A DNA stretch of 64,000 bases from Candidatus Dormiibacterota bacterium (GTDB lineage: Bacteria > Chloroflexota > Dormibacteria > Aeolococcales > Aeolococcaceae), in NCBI GenBank assembly GCA_963768105.1, contig CAVYGR010000007.1, forward strand, positions 14,165 to 78,164, written 5' to 3'. A model generated the notes under the pieces. The model was given only the letters and a program-made list of their open reading frames with translations. It searched no databases and was not told the origin of the DNA. A program made the position numbers and the translations under genes. Numbering within the stretch: the stretch's first letter is position 1; each line of letters begins with the position of its first letter. Of this stretch, positions 33,455 through 43,390 are shown piece after piece.

Positions 33455-33990
33455 ATGTCATCGATCTGCTCAAGCGCGAGCAGGAAAAACAACAAGTCCC
33501 CATCCTGCGCTCAGGCGACACCGTGCGCGTCCACGTCAAGGTGGTCGAGGGAACCCGGGAGCGCATCCAGGTGTTCGAGGGTGTCGTCATCAGTGTCAAG
33601 GGCAAGGTCGGGCTGTCGACCAGTTTCACCGTCCGCCGTGTCGCCCACGGCGTCGGTGTCGAGCGGACCTTCCTCGTGCATGCCCCTCGGATCGACAAGA
33701 TCGAGGTGCTCCGTCACGGTCAGGTCCGGCGGGCCAAGCTCTTCTACCTCCGCGAGAAGGTCGGCCGGCATGCACGCATTCGAGAGCGGCGTCAGCCGGT
33801 CGGCGGTCCCGAGATGACCCTGCTCCGAACCGAATCCGATGCCGCGGGCCTCGAGGATGTCGAGCCGGACGAACCCGACGAGGCCGACGTCAACGACGAG
33901 GGTGCGACGGAGGTCATCGAATCCGCGGATCAGTCGGAGGTCGACGCCGCCGCCGAGCCTGCGGCGGTGGAGAGCGGCGGCGGAGCGTAG
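33451..33990 (+). CDS. rplS: 50S ribosomal protein L19 with acidic C-terminal extension
   Basis: [37 protein letters not shown]. About 60 extra residues rich in D/E ([20 protein letters not shown]). Confidence 0.9.
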   Translation: MNVIDLLKREQEKQQVPILRSGDTVRVHVKVVEGTRERIQVFEGVVISVKGKVGLSTSFTVRRVAHGVGVERTFLVHAPRIDKIEVLRHGQVRRAKLFYLREKVGRHARIRERRQPVGGPEMTLLRTESDAAGLEDVEPDEPDEADVNDEGATEVIESADQSEVDAAAEPAAVESGGGA

Positions 33991-34015
33991 CCGAGGGCCG
34001 CGAAGCCCGGAGCAA

Positions 34016-34396
34016 CTGCCCCCGGCTCGACCCCTCAAGGATCGGGTCGGCCATGCCGGTGAGGTGGCGGCGCTCGCCTATCTCAAGGAACAGGGCTTTC
34101 GCATTCTTGCCCGGGACTGGCGGTCTCGCATCGGCCAGATCGACATCGTCGCCGAGGACGGCGAGACGCTTGTCCTCATCGAGGTCAAGGCACGTCGCGG
34201 CGTCGGGTTCGGCACCCCCGAGGAGGCGGTCGATGCCCGCAAGCAGCGCAAGCTGCGCATGCTCCTCGAGCTCTATCGCGGTCAGACCCACCGGCTCAAG
34301 CAACCGTGTCGCATCGACGTGATCGGGCTGCTCATGGACGGTGCCCTCACCGTCACCAACGTCCAGCACATCAAGGATGCCGTCCAGGAGAACTGA
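34016..34396 (+). CDS. yraN: YraN/UPF0102 family endonuclease-like protein (start unresolved)
   Basis: GEVAALAYLKEQGFRILARDWRSRIGQIDIVAEDGETLVLIEVKAR. There is no ATG/GTG/TTG between the rplS stop and the conserved GE motif, so CTG 34016 is listed only as a placeholder. Confidence 0.7.
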   Translation: MPPARPLKDRVGHAGEVAALAYLKEQGFRILARDWRSRIGQIDIVAEDGETLVLIEVKARRGVGFGTPEEAVDARKQRKLRMLLELYRGQTHRLKQPCRIDVIGLLMDGALTVTNVQHIKDAVQEN

Positions 34397-34453
34397 CCCG
34401 AGGGCGGCGGAGACGGTGGCCGGACCGAGGCCGATCACAGCGGGGAGGGATCG

Positions 34454-34528
34454 CCACAGGTGTCGCCATGCGCACTTGCGCATGCCGAGTTGCCGAAGGA
34501 GGGGACCGCCTTCGATCTGGCGAAAACG
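34454..34528 (+). pseudogene. short relic of a ComM/YifB-like N-terminal domain
   Basis: PQVSPCALAHAELPKEGTAFDLAKT resembles PQRRVTVNLAPAELHKEGTGFDLAIA of the intact comM ~430 nt downstream (about 15 identities with a one-residue gap, counted by eye). Confidence 0.45.
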
Positions 34529-34702
34529 CCGCAGCCACCACGCCTGAGCACAGCCACGCTGCGTTTGCGCTGCTGCCCAAGAAGGCGACTAACGCTCGAG
34601 CGTCATCTCGAGCGGCCGCGCCGGGCAGCGTCGATGCGCTGCTGGTCTGATCCCAAGGTCAGGGATGCCGGCGAACCTGGGCGCCATGTTACACTTCACT
34701 GT

Positions 34703-36199
34703 GTGATTGCGTGTGCAATAAGTTGCGCCACCCGAGGTCTCGCCGGCGTGCCCGTGATGGTCGAGGTCGACGTGTCCAATGGGCTGCCCGGCGTGACCAT
34801 CGTGGGACTCACGGATCGCGCGATCCAGGAGGCTCGCGAGCGCGTCAAGCCGGCAATCCGGAATGCTGGATTCGCGTTTCCGCAGCGCCGCGTCACCGTC
34901 AACCTCGCACCGGCCGAACTCCACAAGGAGGGGACAGGTTTCGACTTGGCCATCGCGGTCGCCATCCTTCGCGCCGAGGACCAGTCGCTACTGCTTGACG
35001 GCATCGGCTTCATCGGTGAGCTCGCGCTCGACGCCACCGTTCGACCGGTCACCGGCGTCCTGCCGATGGCACGGTGCCTCGTCGCCGCGGGGATCAAGCG
35101 GCTGGTGGTCGCCGTCGACAACGCGCCGGAGGCGGCGCTCGCCGATGGGCTCGAGGTCCTCGGGGCCCCAAGGCTGCAGGCGTGCATCGAGTATCTCCGC
35201 GGGGAGCGGCCGCTCGTCCGCGCTGTGCGCGACACATCGCCTCCTCCGGGGGAGCCCGAACTCGACCTCGGGGCCGTGCGAGGGCAGGGCCAGGCGAAGC
35301 GAGCGCTCGAGATCGCAGCCGCGGGCGGCCACAACCTCTTGATGACCGGTCCGCCCGGGGCCGGCAAGACGATGCTCGCGCGGACGTTTCCGTCACTCCT
35401 CCCGGACCTCGGATCAGAGGCCGCGTTGGAGGTCGCTGCGCTCTACTCGCTCCGCGGCACGCTTCGCGAACGCCCGCCGACCACGATGCGGCCGCCCTTT
35501 CGCTCGCCGCATCACAGCATCTCCAGGGCCGGTCTGGTCGGCGGTGGCACGGGCCTCGCGCAGCCGGGTGAGATAAGCCTCGCGCACCGGGGAGTCCTCT
35601 TTTTGGACGAGCTCTGCGAATTCTCCCGGCAGCATCTCGAGGCGCTCCGGCAGCCGCTCGAGGAACACGCCGTCACGGTGGCGAGAGCACGAGCGGCCGT
35701 GACGTATCCCGCCGACTTCATGCTGGTGGGCGCGTCCAACCCGTGTCCGTGTGGACATCTGGGTGACGCTCGGGGCTGCAGCTGCGAGCCCCGCCAGCTC
35801 GTCGCCTATCAGGGCCGGCTGAGCGGTCCGATCAAGGATCGAATCGACCTCGTGGTCTCGGTGCCGCGACAGGAATATCGCGAGATCTTCGGCGACTCGG
35901 TGGAGGAGTCCTCGGCAACCGTGCGTGGCCGGGTCGAGGCCGCGCGTGCGCGCCAGAGCGCGCGCCCGGGACGTGCCAACGGCGCACTGACCGGACCCGA
36001 GATCCTTGCCGCGGCGCGCTCGACCGCGCCCGCTCGGCGCCTGCTCGCGCTGTCCGGGGAGCGCCTCCATCTGAGCGCCCGCGCCTTCTTCCGGGTTCTG
36101 CGAGTCGCCCGAACCATCTCCGACCTCGCCGACGAGGACCGCGTGTGCGAGGACGCGGTGGCGGAGGCGCTCCGCTACCGGATCGAGATGTCCGGATGA
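34703..36199 (+). CDS. comM: Mg-chelatase-like AAA+ competence protein ComM/YifB
   Basis: VEVDVSNGLPGVTIVGL, NLAPAELHKEGTGFDLAIA, MTGPPGAGKTM, LFLDELCEF, LSARAFFRVLRVARTISDL. GTG 34703. Confidence 0.88.
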   Translation: MIACAISCATRGLAGVPVMVEVDVSNGLPGVTIVGLTDRAIQEARERVKPAIRNAGFAFPQRRVTVNLAPAELHKEGTGFDLAIAVAILRAEDQSLLLDGIGFIGELALDATVRPVTGVLPMARCLVAAGIKRLVVAVDNAPEAALADGLEVLGAPRLQACIEYLRGERPLVRAVRDTSPPPGEPELDLGAVRGQGQAKRALEIAAAGGHNLLMTGPPGAGKTMLARTFPSLLPDLGSEAALEVAALYSLRGTLRERPPTTMRPPFRSPHHSISRAGLVGGGTGLAQPGEISLAHRGVLFLDELCEFSRQHLEALRQPLEEHAVTVARARAAVTYPADFMLVGASNPCPCGHLGDARGCSCEPRQLVAYQGRLSGPIKDRIDLVVSVPRQEYREIFGDSVEESSATVRGRVEAARARQSARPGRANGALTGPEILAAARSTAPARRLLALSGERLHLSARAFFRVLRVARTISDLADEDRVCEDAVAEALRYRIEMSG

Positions 36200-37089
36200 G
36201 TCTCGAACCGCGCTGGATCGATCCGGCCAGCCCCGGCTGGCCGGCCCGGCTCGACCACCTCGAGCATCCTCCTCTCGGGCTCTGGCAGCTGGGTGCGATC
36301 GGTCCCACCTCACCCGCGGTCGCCGTCGTCGGCTCCCGGCGGGCGACGTTCGGCGGCGTGGAGATCGCGCACTCCATCGGTCATGACCTCGGGGCTGCGG
36401 GGATCCAGGTCATCAGCGGGATGGCGCTGGGCATCGACGCCGCGGCGCACGCTGGAGCGCTCGACGCCGGCGGGACGACGGTGGCCGTGCTCGGCTGCGG
36501 CATCGACGTTTGCTACCCGGCGCGGCATGCCGACCTGCGGGCTCGCATCGTCACCGGCGGGTCGCTGATCACCGAGGAGCCGGCGGGGTCGCCGCCGCTG
36601 CGCTACAACTTCCCCAAACGAAACCGGATCATCGCGGCGCTGGCCCACGCGGTGATCGTGGTCGAAGCGACCGAGCGCAGCGGCGCCCTGAGCACCGCGC
36701 GCTGGGCCGCGGATCTGGGCCGCGACGTGCTCGCCGTCCCCGGGTCGATTCGCGCACGCCAGAGCAGCGGCACCAACCTGCTCATCCGCGACGGGGCCCG
36801 TCCATTTCTGGCAATCACCGACCTCCTGGATGCGGTGCAGGAGCTCCGCGAGGCGGTTCCCTCGGGAGCCCCGGGGGCCGCGGCGGCAGGTGCTCCCGGA
36901 GGCCTGGAGCGTTTCAGCCCACCGCTGCGGGAGATACTGGCACGCATGGGAACGCAGCCGGTTCACCCTGACCAGGTCGGGACAGCCCTGGGGCTTGCGC
37001 CGTCGGTCGTCGCAACCCGGCTCGGCGCCCTGGAGCTCGCCGGCGCCGTAATGTCCCTGCCCGGAGGCCTCGTGGCCCGTACCGTATAG
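36196..37089 (+). CDS. dprA: DNA-processing protein DprA
   Basis: SGMALGIDAAAHAGAL, CYPARHADL, RNRIIAAL, SGALSTARWAADLGRDVLAVPG. ATGA overlap with comM. Confidence 0.88.
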   Translation: MSLEPRWIDPASPGWPARLDHLEHPPLGLWQLGAIGPTSPAVAVVGSRRATFGGVEIAHSIGHDLGAAGIQVISGMALGIDAAAHAGALDAGGTTVAVLGCGIDVCYPARHADLRARIVTGGSLITEEPAGSPPLRYNFPKRNRIIAALAHAVIVVEATERSGALSTARWAADLGRDVLAVPGSIRARQSSGTNLLIRDGARPFLAITDLLDAVQELREAVPSGAPGAAAAGAPGGLERFSPPLREILARMGTQPVHPDQVGTALGLAPSVVATRLGALELAGAVMSLPGGLVARTV

Positions 37090-37121
37090 CCGGCTCCAGA
37101 GCCCCAAAGGAAGTCCAGAGA

Positions 37122-39443
37122 GTGCAACGTCTGATCATCGTCGAGTCGCCCAGCAAGGCGAGGACGCTCGCCCGGTTCCTCGGCAACGAGTACATCGTCC
37201 TCGCGTCCATGGGGCACGTTCGCGACCTGCCGAAGTCGAAGATCGGGGTCGACGTCGACGGCGGGTTCGTGCCCCAGTACGAGCTGATCAAAGGCAAGGA
37301 GAAGCAGATCCGCGACCTCCGCGCCGCGGTCAAGAAGGCGACCTCGACCCTGCTCGCGGCCGACCCCGATCGCGAGGGCGAGGCGATCGCCTGGCACCTC
37401 GCCGAGGCGCTCGGGCTTCGCGATCCCGACCGGATCGTCTTCCACGAGATCACCAAGCTCGCCGTCGACGCGGCGCTCGCGCACCCTCGCAAGATCGACC
37501 GTTCGCTCGTCGCCGCGCAGGAAGCGCGGCGGGTGATCGACCGCCTGGTCGGGTACCGCCTCTCGCCCCTGCTCTGGCGCAAGGTGCGTGCGGGCCTCTC
37601 CGCAGGACGGGTGCAATCGGTGGCGGTGCAACTCGTCGTCGATCGCGAGACCGAGATCGACGCCTTCGTCCCCGTCGAGTCGTGGACCATCGACGCGCTT
37701 CTCGTCAAAGATGGCAGTAACCCATTCACCGCGCGACTGGTCGGCAGGCGCGGCGACGCCGATACGCCCGAACGCGAGAAGCTCGAGCTCGGCACCGAGG
37801 CCGAGGCCAATGAGGTCATCGCGACGCTCGGTCTCGATGAGCAGGGTGCCGTCACGTCCAGGACGCCCGCCTTCGTGGTGCGCTCCATCGAGGTCAAGGA
37901 GCGCTCGAGCCTCCCCCTGCCGCCACACACGACGAGCACGCTGCAACAGGATGCCAGCGCACGGTTGGGGATGCCGCCGAAGCGAGCCATGAGCATCGCC
38001 CAGCAGCTCTACGAGGGCGTCGAGCTTGGCAGCGCCGGCTCGACAGGTCTGATCACCTACATGCGCACCAACTCGACGCGCATCAGCGATGCCGCGAGGG
38101 ATGCCGCCGCGAAGCACATCGCCGCCGAGTACGGCAAGACCTTCGTCGGCAGCGGGGCCGTGCGGGGCAAGAAGGCGGGCGTCAACGTGCAGGACGCGCA
38201 CGAGGCGATCCGGCCGACCGACGTCGGCCGCACCCCCAACTCGGTCAGCGCGCACCTGTCCCGCGAACAGCTGCGGCTCTACGACCTGATCTGGCGGCGC
38301 TTCGTGGCGAGCCAGATGAGCCCGGCGAAATACCTCAACACCAGCGCCATGATCGACGCGGCCGACTACGTGTTTCGCGCATCCGGCTCGGTGGTGACCT
38401 TCGAGGGTTTCCAGAAGGTGTGGAAGCGCGACGAGGACAGGGACAAGGATGCGACGCTGCCGCTGCTCGCCGAGCAGGAGGTGCTCACCTGCGTGGCGAT
38501 CACGCCCGAGCAGCACTTCACGCAGCCGCCGCCCCGCTACACCGAGGCGACATTGATCAAGGAGCTTGAAGAGCGCGGCATCGGCCGTCCCTCGACCTAC
38601 GCCGCGACCATCGAGGTGATCCAGGAGCGCCAGTACGTGAAGCAGCTCGAACGGCGCCTGCATCCGACCGAGCTCGGCAAGACGGTCGACGCGGTGCTCC
38701 GGCAGAACTTCCCCGAGATCGTCGACGTGGCATTCACCGCCGACCTCGAGAAGCGCCTCGACTCCGTGGAGGAGGGGACGCGGCAATACGAGCCCACCGT
38801 CCGCGAATGGTACGAGCCGTTCGCGGAGACGCTCGAGCGCGCCGAACGATCGATGGAGCGCGTCCGCGTCCCGGCGCGCGAGACCGGTGAGGAATGCCCC
38901 GAGTGCGAAATCGGTCAGCTGGTCGTCCGCGAAGGAAAGTTCGGCGAGTTCGTCGGCTGCTCGCGCTTCCCGGAGTGCAAGTACATCAAGGACCGCAAGA
39001 AGAGCGAGGCCGTCGCGACCGGCGAGCCCTGTCCCGTCTGCGGGAAACCCCTGGTCACGCGCCAGGGAAGACGAGGACCGTTCGTGGGGTGCTCGGGATA
39101 CCCAAGCTGCACCTACATCAAGGACGACAGGGCTGCAGCCGCCGAGCCCAACGGCGCGGAGCCGGAGCTGCTGGGCGCGTGCCCGACGTGTGGCAAGCCC
39201 CTGCGGCGGCGAAGCGGCCGGCGCGGATCCTTCGTCGGCTGCACCGGGTACCCGGAGTGCAAGTACATCCAGCCAGATGCTGCCGGGACCCGACCCGCCG
39301 CCGCGGCCCCGGAGCCGACCGGCGAGGCCTGCCCCGAGTGCTCCAAGCCGCTCGTGACCCGCAAGGGGCGGTACGGCCCCTTCGTCAGTTGCTCCGGATA
39401 CCCGGCCTGCAAGTACCGGCCCCCCAAGACCGCGCTCGTATGA
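37122..39443 (+). CDS. topA: DNA topoisomerase I with four C-terminal zinc ribbons
   Basis: Toprim domain [17 protein letters not shown], active-site region [10 protein letters not shown], and four CPxC...C..YP.CKY repeats at the C-terminus. Confidence 0.93.
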   Translation: MQRLIIVESPSKARTLARFLGNEYIVLASMGHVRDLPKSKIGVDVDGGFVPQYELIKGKEKQIRDLRAAVKKATSTLLAADPDREGEAIAWHLAEALGLRDPDRIVFHEITKLAVDAALAHPRKIDRSLVAAQEARRVIDRLVGYRLSPLLWRKVRAGLSAGRVQSVAVQLVVDRETEIDAFVPVESWTIDALLVKDGSNPFTARLVGRRGDADTPEREKLELGTEAEANEVIATLGLDEQGAVTSRTPAFVVRSIEVKERSSLPLPPHTTSTLQQDASARLGMPPKRAMSIAQQLYEGVELGSAGSTGLITYMRTNSTRISDAARDAAAKHIAAEYGKTFVGSGAVRGKKAGVNVQDAHEAIRPTDVGRTPNSVSAHLSREQLRLYDLIWRRFVASQMSPAKYLNTSAMIDAADYVFRASGSVVTFEGFQKVWKRDEDRDKDATLPLLAEQEVLTCVAITPEQHFTQPPPRYTEATLIKELEERGIGRPSTYAATIEVIQERQYVKQLERRLHPTELGKTVDAVLRQNFPEIVDVAFTADLEKRLDSVEEGTRQYEPTVREWYEPFAETLERAERSMERVRVPARETGEECPECEIGQLVVREGKFGEFVGCSRFPECKYIKDRKKSEAVATGEPCPVCGKPLVTRQGRRGPFVGCSGYPSCTYIKDDRAAAAEPNGAEPELLGACPTCGKPLRRRSGRRGSFVGCTGYPECKYIQPDAAGTRPAAAAPEPTGEACPECSKPLVTRKGRYGPFVSCSGYPACKYRPPKTALV

Positions 39444-40018
39444 CCTCGGCACACGCAACGACCGTCGTCGCGGTGCAGCGCAACGGGCGAGTGGCCGTCG
39501 CGGGCGACGGGCAGGTGACCGTCGGCGACATCATCATGAAGCAGCGTGCCTCGAAGGTCCGGCGTCTCCACCACGGCCAGGTGGTGTGCGGCTTCGCCGG
39601 CGCGGTGGCGGACGCGCTCACGCTGTTCGACAAATTCGAGCAGCACCTTGACAAGCACCAGGGCAACCTCATCCGCGCGGCCATCGGACTGAGCAAGGAA
39701 TGGCGCACGGACAAATACCTGCGCCGCCTCGAGGCGATGCTCATTGTTGCCGACGTCAATCGGATCCTGGTCCTCAGCGGCGACGGAGAGGTCATCGAAC
39801 CCGACGAGGGTGACGGTGTCGTCGCCATCGGCAGCGGTGGTCCGTACGCGCACGCAGCCGCGGCCGCGTTGCTCGAGAGCACCGACCTCGGTGCCGAGGA
39901 GATCGCGCGCCAGGCAATGCTCATCGCCGCCCGGCTCTGCATCTACACCAACGACAACATCACCGTCGAAACCCTAGACGTCGCCGCGCCGGCGCTCGCC
40001 GCGCCGAGCCCGGCATGA
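39440..40018 (+). CDS. hslV: ATP-dependent protease subunit HslV
   Basis: [37 protein letters not shown] 39440 overlaps the topA stop. Only the last 192 codons of ORF 38894..40018 are used. Confidence 0.9.
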   Translation: MTSAHATTVVAVQRNGRVAVAGDGQVTVGDIIMKQRASKVRRLHHGQVVCGFAGAVADALTLFDKFEQHLDKHQGNLIRAAIGLSKEWRTDKYLRRLEAMLIVADVNRILVLSGDGEVIEPDEGDGVVAIGSGGPYAHAAAAALLESTDLGAEEIARQAMLIAARLCIYTNDNITVETLDVAAPALAAPSPA

Positions 40019-41475
40019 CCGCTGCCGTGGCCTTGGAGCATCCCCCGCAGGACTTCCAGGAGCCCCGCTCTGTGCACGACCTGGTCGAGGCAGTCGCCGG
40101 GGAGACCCTTCGCCCCGCCGAGGTCGTGCGCAGACTCGACGAGTACATCATCGGCCAGCACGACGCCAAGCGGTCGGTGGCGATCGCGCTCCGCAACCGG
40201 GTGCGGCGACGCATGCTGCCCGAGGACCTGCGCAACGAGGTCCTCCCCAAGAACATCCTCATGATCGGCCCGACCGGGGTGGGCAAAACCGAGATCGCGA
40301 GACGCGTCGCGCGTCTGACCGAGTCGCCGTTCATCAAAGTCGAGGCGACCAAGTTCACCGAGGTGGGCTACGTCGGCCGCGACGTCGAATCGATCATTCG
40401 CGATCTGCTCGAGCAGACGATCACGGAGCTGCACGAGGACCGGATCGCCGACGTCGAGCCCAGAGCCCGAGCGCTTGCCGACGCGCGCCTGCTCGACACC
40501 CTCCACGAGGCAAACGAGCGCAATCGGAACAGTCGCGCGCGTCAGGACGACGGTGGACCGGATCCTGCCGAGACCGGCGCGGAGGCGCGCCGCGGCCGCG
40601 CCCGGCGCAGACGGCTCGCCGGACGGTTCGCCTCGGGGGCGCTCGAAGCCGCGACCGTGGAGATCGAGGTCGAGGAGCCTTTCCAACCGGCGTTCGAAGG
40701 CTTCACCGGGACCGGGCTCGAGGAGGTCGGAGTCTCGCTGTCGGACTTCTTCTCGCAGCTCGCCCCGCCGCGCAAACGCAAGAAGCTGATGACCGTCGCC
40801 GAGGCGCGCGACGTCCTCGTCGACGAGGAGACCGACCGCCTGATCGACATGGACCGCGTCTACGACGACGCCATCCGGCTCGTCGAGGACTCCGGCGTCG
40901 TGTTCATCGACGAGGTGGACAAGATCTGCGGTCCCGCCTCGGACCGTGGTCCCGACGTGAGCGGCGAGGGAGTGCAGCGCGACCTGCTCCCGATCCTCGA
41001 GGGCTCGACGGTGCACACCCGGTACGGCCCCGTGCGCACCGACCACGTGCTGTTCATCGCGGCGGGCGCGTTCACCGCCGCCCGGCCCTCCGACCTGATA
41101 CCCGAGTTCCAGGGTCGCTTCCCGATCCGCGTGGAGCTGAAGCCGCTCGGCGAGGACGACCTGGTGCGCATCCTCACCGAACCGGGGAACGCTCTCACCC
41201 GCCAGTACGCCGCGCTGCTCGGGACCGAGCGGGTCGCGCTCGAATTCACCCCGGACGGCATCCGCGAGCTGGCCGCACAGGCGTACCGCGTCAACGAGGA
41301 GGACGAGAACCTCGGGGCCCGCCGCCTGTTCACGATCATGGAGAAGGTGCTCGAGGACGTCTCGTTCGGCGCCGAGGAGCTCGTCGACACCACCGTCGTC
41401 ATCGATGCAGCCTATGTGACGCAGCGGCTCGGCGACCTGGTGGGCAACCAGGACCTGCGCCGCTACGTGCTCTGA
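40015..41475 (+). CDS. hslU: ATP-dependent protease ATPase subunit HslU
   Basis: [63 protein letters not shown]. Confidence 0.93.
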   Translation: MTAAVALEHPPQDFQEPRSVHDLVEAVAGETLRPAEVVRRLDEYIIGQHDAKRSVAIALRNRVRRRMLPEDLRNEVLPKNILMIGPTGVGKTEIARRVARLTESPFIKVEATKFTEVGYVGRDVESIIRDLLEQTITELHEDRIADVEPRARALADARLLDTLHEANERNRNSRARQDDGGPDPAETGAEARRGRARRRRLAGRFASGALEAATVEIEVEEPFQPAFEGFTGTGLEEVGVSLSDFFSQLAPPRKRKKLMTVAEARDVLVDEETDRLIDMDRVYDDAIRLVEDSGVVFIDEVDKICGPASDRGPDVSGEGVQRDLLPILEGSTVHTRYGPVRTDHVLFIAAGAFTAARPSDLIPEFQGRFPIRVELKPLGEDDLVRILTEPGNALTRQYAALLGTERVALEFTPDGIRELAAQAYRVNEEDENLGARRLFTIMEKVLEDVSFGAEELVDTTVVIDAAYVTQRLGDLVGNQDLRRYVL

Positions 41476-41554
41476 ATCTGAGAGCCCCCGGGGTGCGGGG
41501 TCAGTCACGCTGCTTCCGTGTCGAAGACCCGTCGACTACGACATCACTCCCGGG

Positions 41555-42241
41555 TCATGTCGGGTTGTCGTTCTTGTAACTCGGCTGCCTTATGAACTCG
41601 ACATGGGTGAAAACTGGACGACGCGTTGTGTCAGCAATCACATGGCTGAGCGCGACGATGGCCGGCGCCACAGGCGCGACGAGTGTGGGGTCGACGGTCT
41701 GACTGCTCTTTCGCCCGCCCTCGGCCGCCGGATCATCCAGATTCGGCGACACGTCAAATCCCATCCAGGGCGGGCGCATGCGATTGTGGACGAGGTCGTA
41801 GTCGAGCGCGACGACTGTGTGCGACCCGTATCCAGGGCCTCTGATTTGCAGGACATCGGTCGCGCCCTTCCCATTCGTCCATACGTGGTGGTTGATCCAG
41901 ACTTGATCGACCGCGAAGCTGGTCACCGTCGGCTGCCGTCCGTGGCGATTGCTGACGGTCGACTCCGTCCGGCCAGGTGAAAAGGCCCACGATGCACCCC
42001 GGGACTTCGGAGGCGTGACCACAATGCGGTCACCCTCCGGCACCACGTGGTAACGCTCAGGCTCGTCGAACGACGCGAACATGTAGTGACGAGCTGTCCA
42101 GTGGTCGACCCGAGACCTGATGTAGTCGACGTCGACATCGCGGAATATCCAACGCCAAGCCGCTGCCAGCCGCTTCCCGAACGGTAGGCGTACACGCGAG
42201 ACGGACGCGGTCGCCGACTTAGCGTCCTGCAGGTCCGGCAT
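41555..42241 (-). CDS. hypothetical protein, no recognised family; visibly lower GC than its neighbours
   Basis: 228-aa ORF with no signal peptide or TM segment, beta-rich by eye (QVWINHHVWTNGKGATDVLQIRGPGYGSHTVVALDY). It is the only minus-strand gene between 12616 and 52208. Confidence 0.55.
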   Translation of the reverse strand: MPDLQDAKSATASVSRVRLPFGKRLAAAWRWIFRDVDVDYIRSRVDHWTARHYMFASFDEPERYHVVPEGDRIVVTPPKSRGASWAFSPGRTESTVSNRHGRQPTVTSFAVDQVWINHHVWTNGKGATDVLQIRGPGYGSHTVVALDYDLVHNRMRPPWMGFDVSPNLDDPAAEGGRKSSQTVDPTLVAPVAPAIVALSHVIADTTRRPVFTHVEFIRQPSYKNDNPT

Positions 42242-42377
42242 ATTCGCACTATGCCACGTACACCCGGGGTCTTTGGAACGATTGGTTCATATCGCGCCGA
42301 GAGGCGATGACGGGTCATGGGGCGGAATCCGGGATGCCGGCTTCGGCAGTTGGATCCGATTAGCCGGTCGGTGGTGC

Positions 42378-42496
42378 TGGTACACTCACGAACATCTCAC
42401 ACGTTCGGTTCCACGCGGCCGGCGGGTGCCCGGTGTCCCGGGTCGCCGCCGCGGTTCACCCCGAACGGAGGCATCACACCACAGGAGCGACCTACC
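42378..42496 (+). promoter_or_regulatory. candidate extended -10 promoter and structured rpsB leader
   Basis: TGGTACACT at 42378-42386. A GC-rich hairpin at 42414-42453 has a 10-bp outer stem with one bulge plus a 5-bp inner stem. AGGAG lies before ATG 42497. Confidence 0.4.
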
Positions 42497-43390
42497 ATGC
42501 CGGCAGCAACGCTGCGCCAGCTGCTGGAGGCCGGAGTTCACTTCGGCCACCAGACCAGCCGGTGGAATCCCCGGATGCGCCCATACATTTTCACGGCGCG
42601 CAACGGCATCCACATCATCGACCTCGAGCAGACCCAGAAGCAGCTTGACGCCGCCTGCGAGTACCTGAAACAGGTCGTCGCCGACGGTCAGAAGGTGCTC
42701 TTCGTCGGCACCAAGAAACAAGCCCAGGACGTCATCGAGGAGGTCTGCAGGAATACCGGGCAGGCCTACGTCACCCATCGCTGGATGGGCGGCATGCTCA
42801 CCAACTTCACGGTCATCCAGCGCCGGCTCCGCCGCCTTGCCGAGCTCCGGGTGATGCAGGCGCGCGGCGACTTCGAGCGCATGAGCGGCAAGGAGGCCAA
42901 CGACGCCAAGGACGATCTCGAGCGCCTGGAGAACAACTTCGCCGGCATGGCTGATATGAAGCGCGTCCCGGGTGCGGTGTTCGTCATCGATTGCAAGAAG
43001 GAGCGCATCGCGGTCACCGAGGCCAACAAGCTCGGCATTCCGATCGTGGCCATCGTTGACACCAACTGCGACCCGGATCCCATCCAGGTGGTGATCCCGG
43101 GCAACGATGACGCGATGCGCAGCTGCCGGCTGATCGTCACGGCGATCGGGCAGGCGATCTCGGAGGGCCTGCAGCAGTTCAGCGAGCGCGAGTTGCAGGA
43201 ACGGCAGGAGGCCGAGCAGCGTGATCGCGAAGCCGCGGCGGCTGCCGAAGCGGCTGCGCTGGCCGCCGCCGAGGCTGCGGCCGCGGACGCGGCACACGCG
43301 GACGCGGTTGCCGCCGAGCATCCCGCGGAGGAGCCCGGCGGGGAAGAGGTTGGCGCCGCAGCCGCTCCCGCGGCGGAGGCGACGCGCTGA
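42497..43390 (+). CDS. rpsB: 30S ribosomal protein S2 with Ala/Glu-rich C-terminal extension
   Basis: LLEAGVHFGHQTSRWNPRM, and VFVIDCKKERIAVTEANKLGIPIVAIVDTNCDP. Confidence 0.92.
   Translation: MPAATLRQLLEAGVHFGHQTSRWNPRMRPYIFTARNGIHIIDLEQTQKQLDAACEYLKQVVADGQKVLFVGTKKQAQDVIEEVCRNTGQAYVTHRWMGGMLTNFTVIQRRLRRLAELRVMQARGDFERMSGKEANDAKDDLERLENNFAGMADMKRVPGAVFVIDCKKERIAVTEANKLGIPIVAIVDTNCDPDPIQVVIPGNDDAMRSCRLIVTAIGQAISEGLQQFSERELQERQEAEQRDREAAAAAEAAALAAAEAAAADAAHADAVAAEHPAEEPGGEEVGAAAAPAAEATR

Noticed and set aside
38894-39439. 5' two-thirds of ORF 38894..40018
   Set aside because: It overlaps the topA zinc-ribbon region in another frame. Only the part from ATG 39440 (HslV) is recognisable.
36963-39458. 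831-aa ORF antisense to topA. Similar long antisense ORFs occur at 4331..6409, 46249..48378, 55840..58008, 58419..60503 and 51016..52776.
   Set aside because: Each lies opposite a well-recognised conserved gene and has low-complexity Arg/Gly/Pro-rich composition. These are high-GC artefacts.
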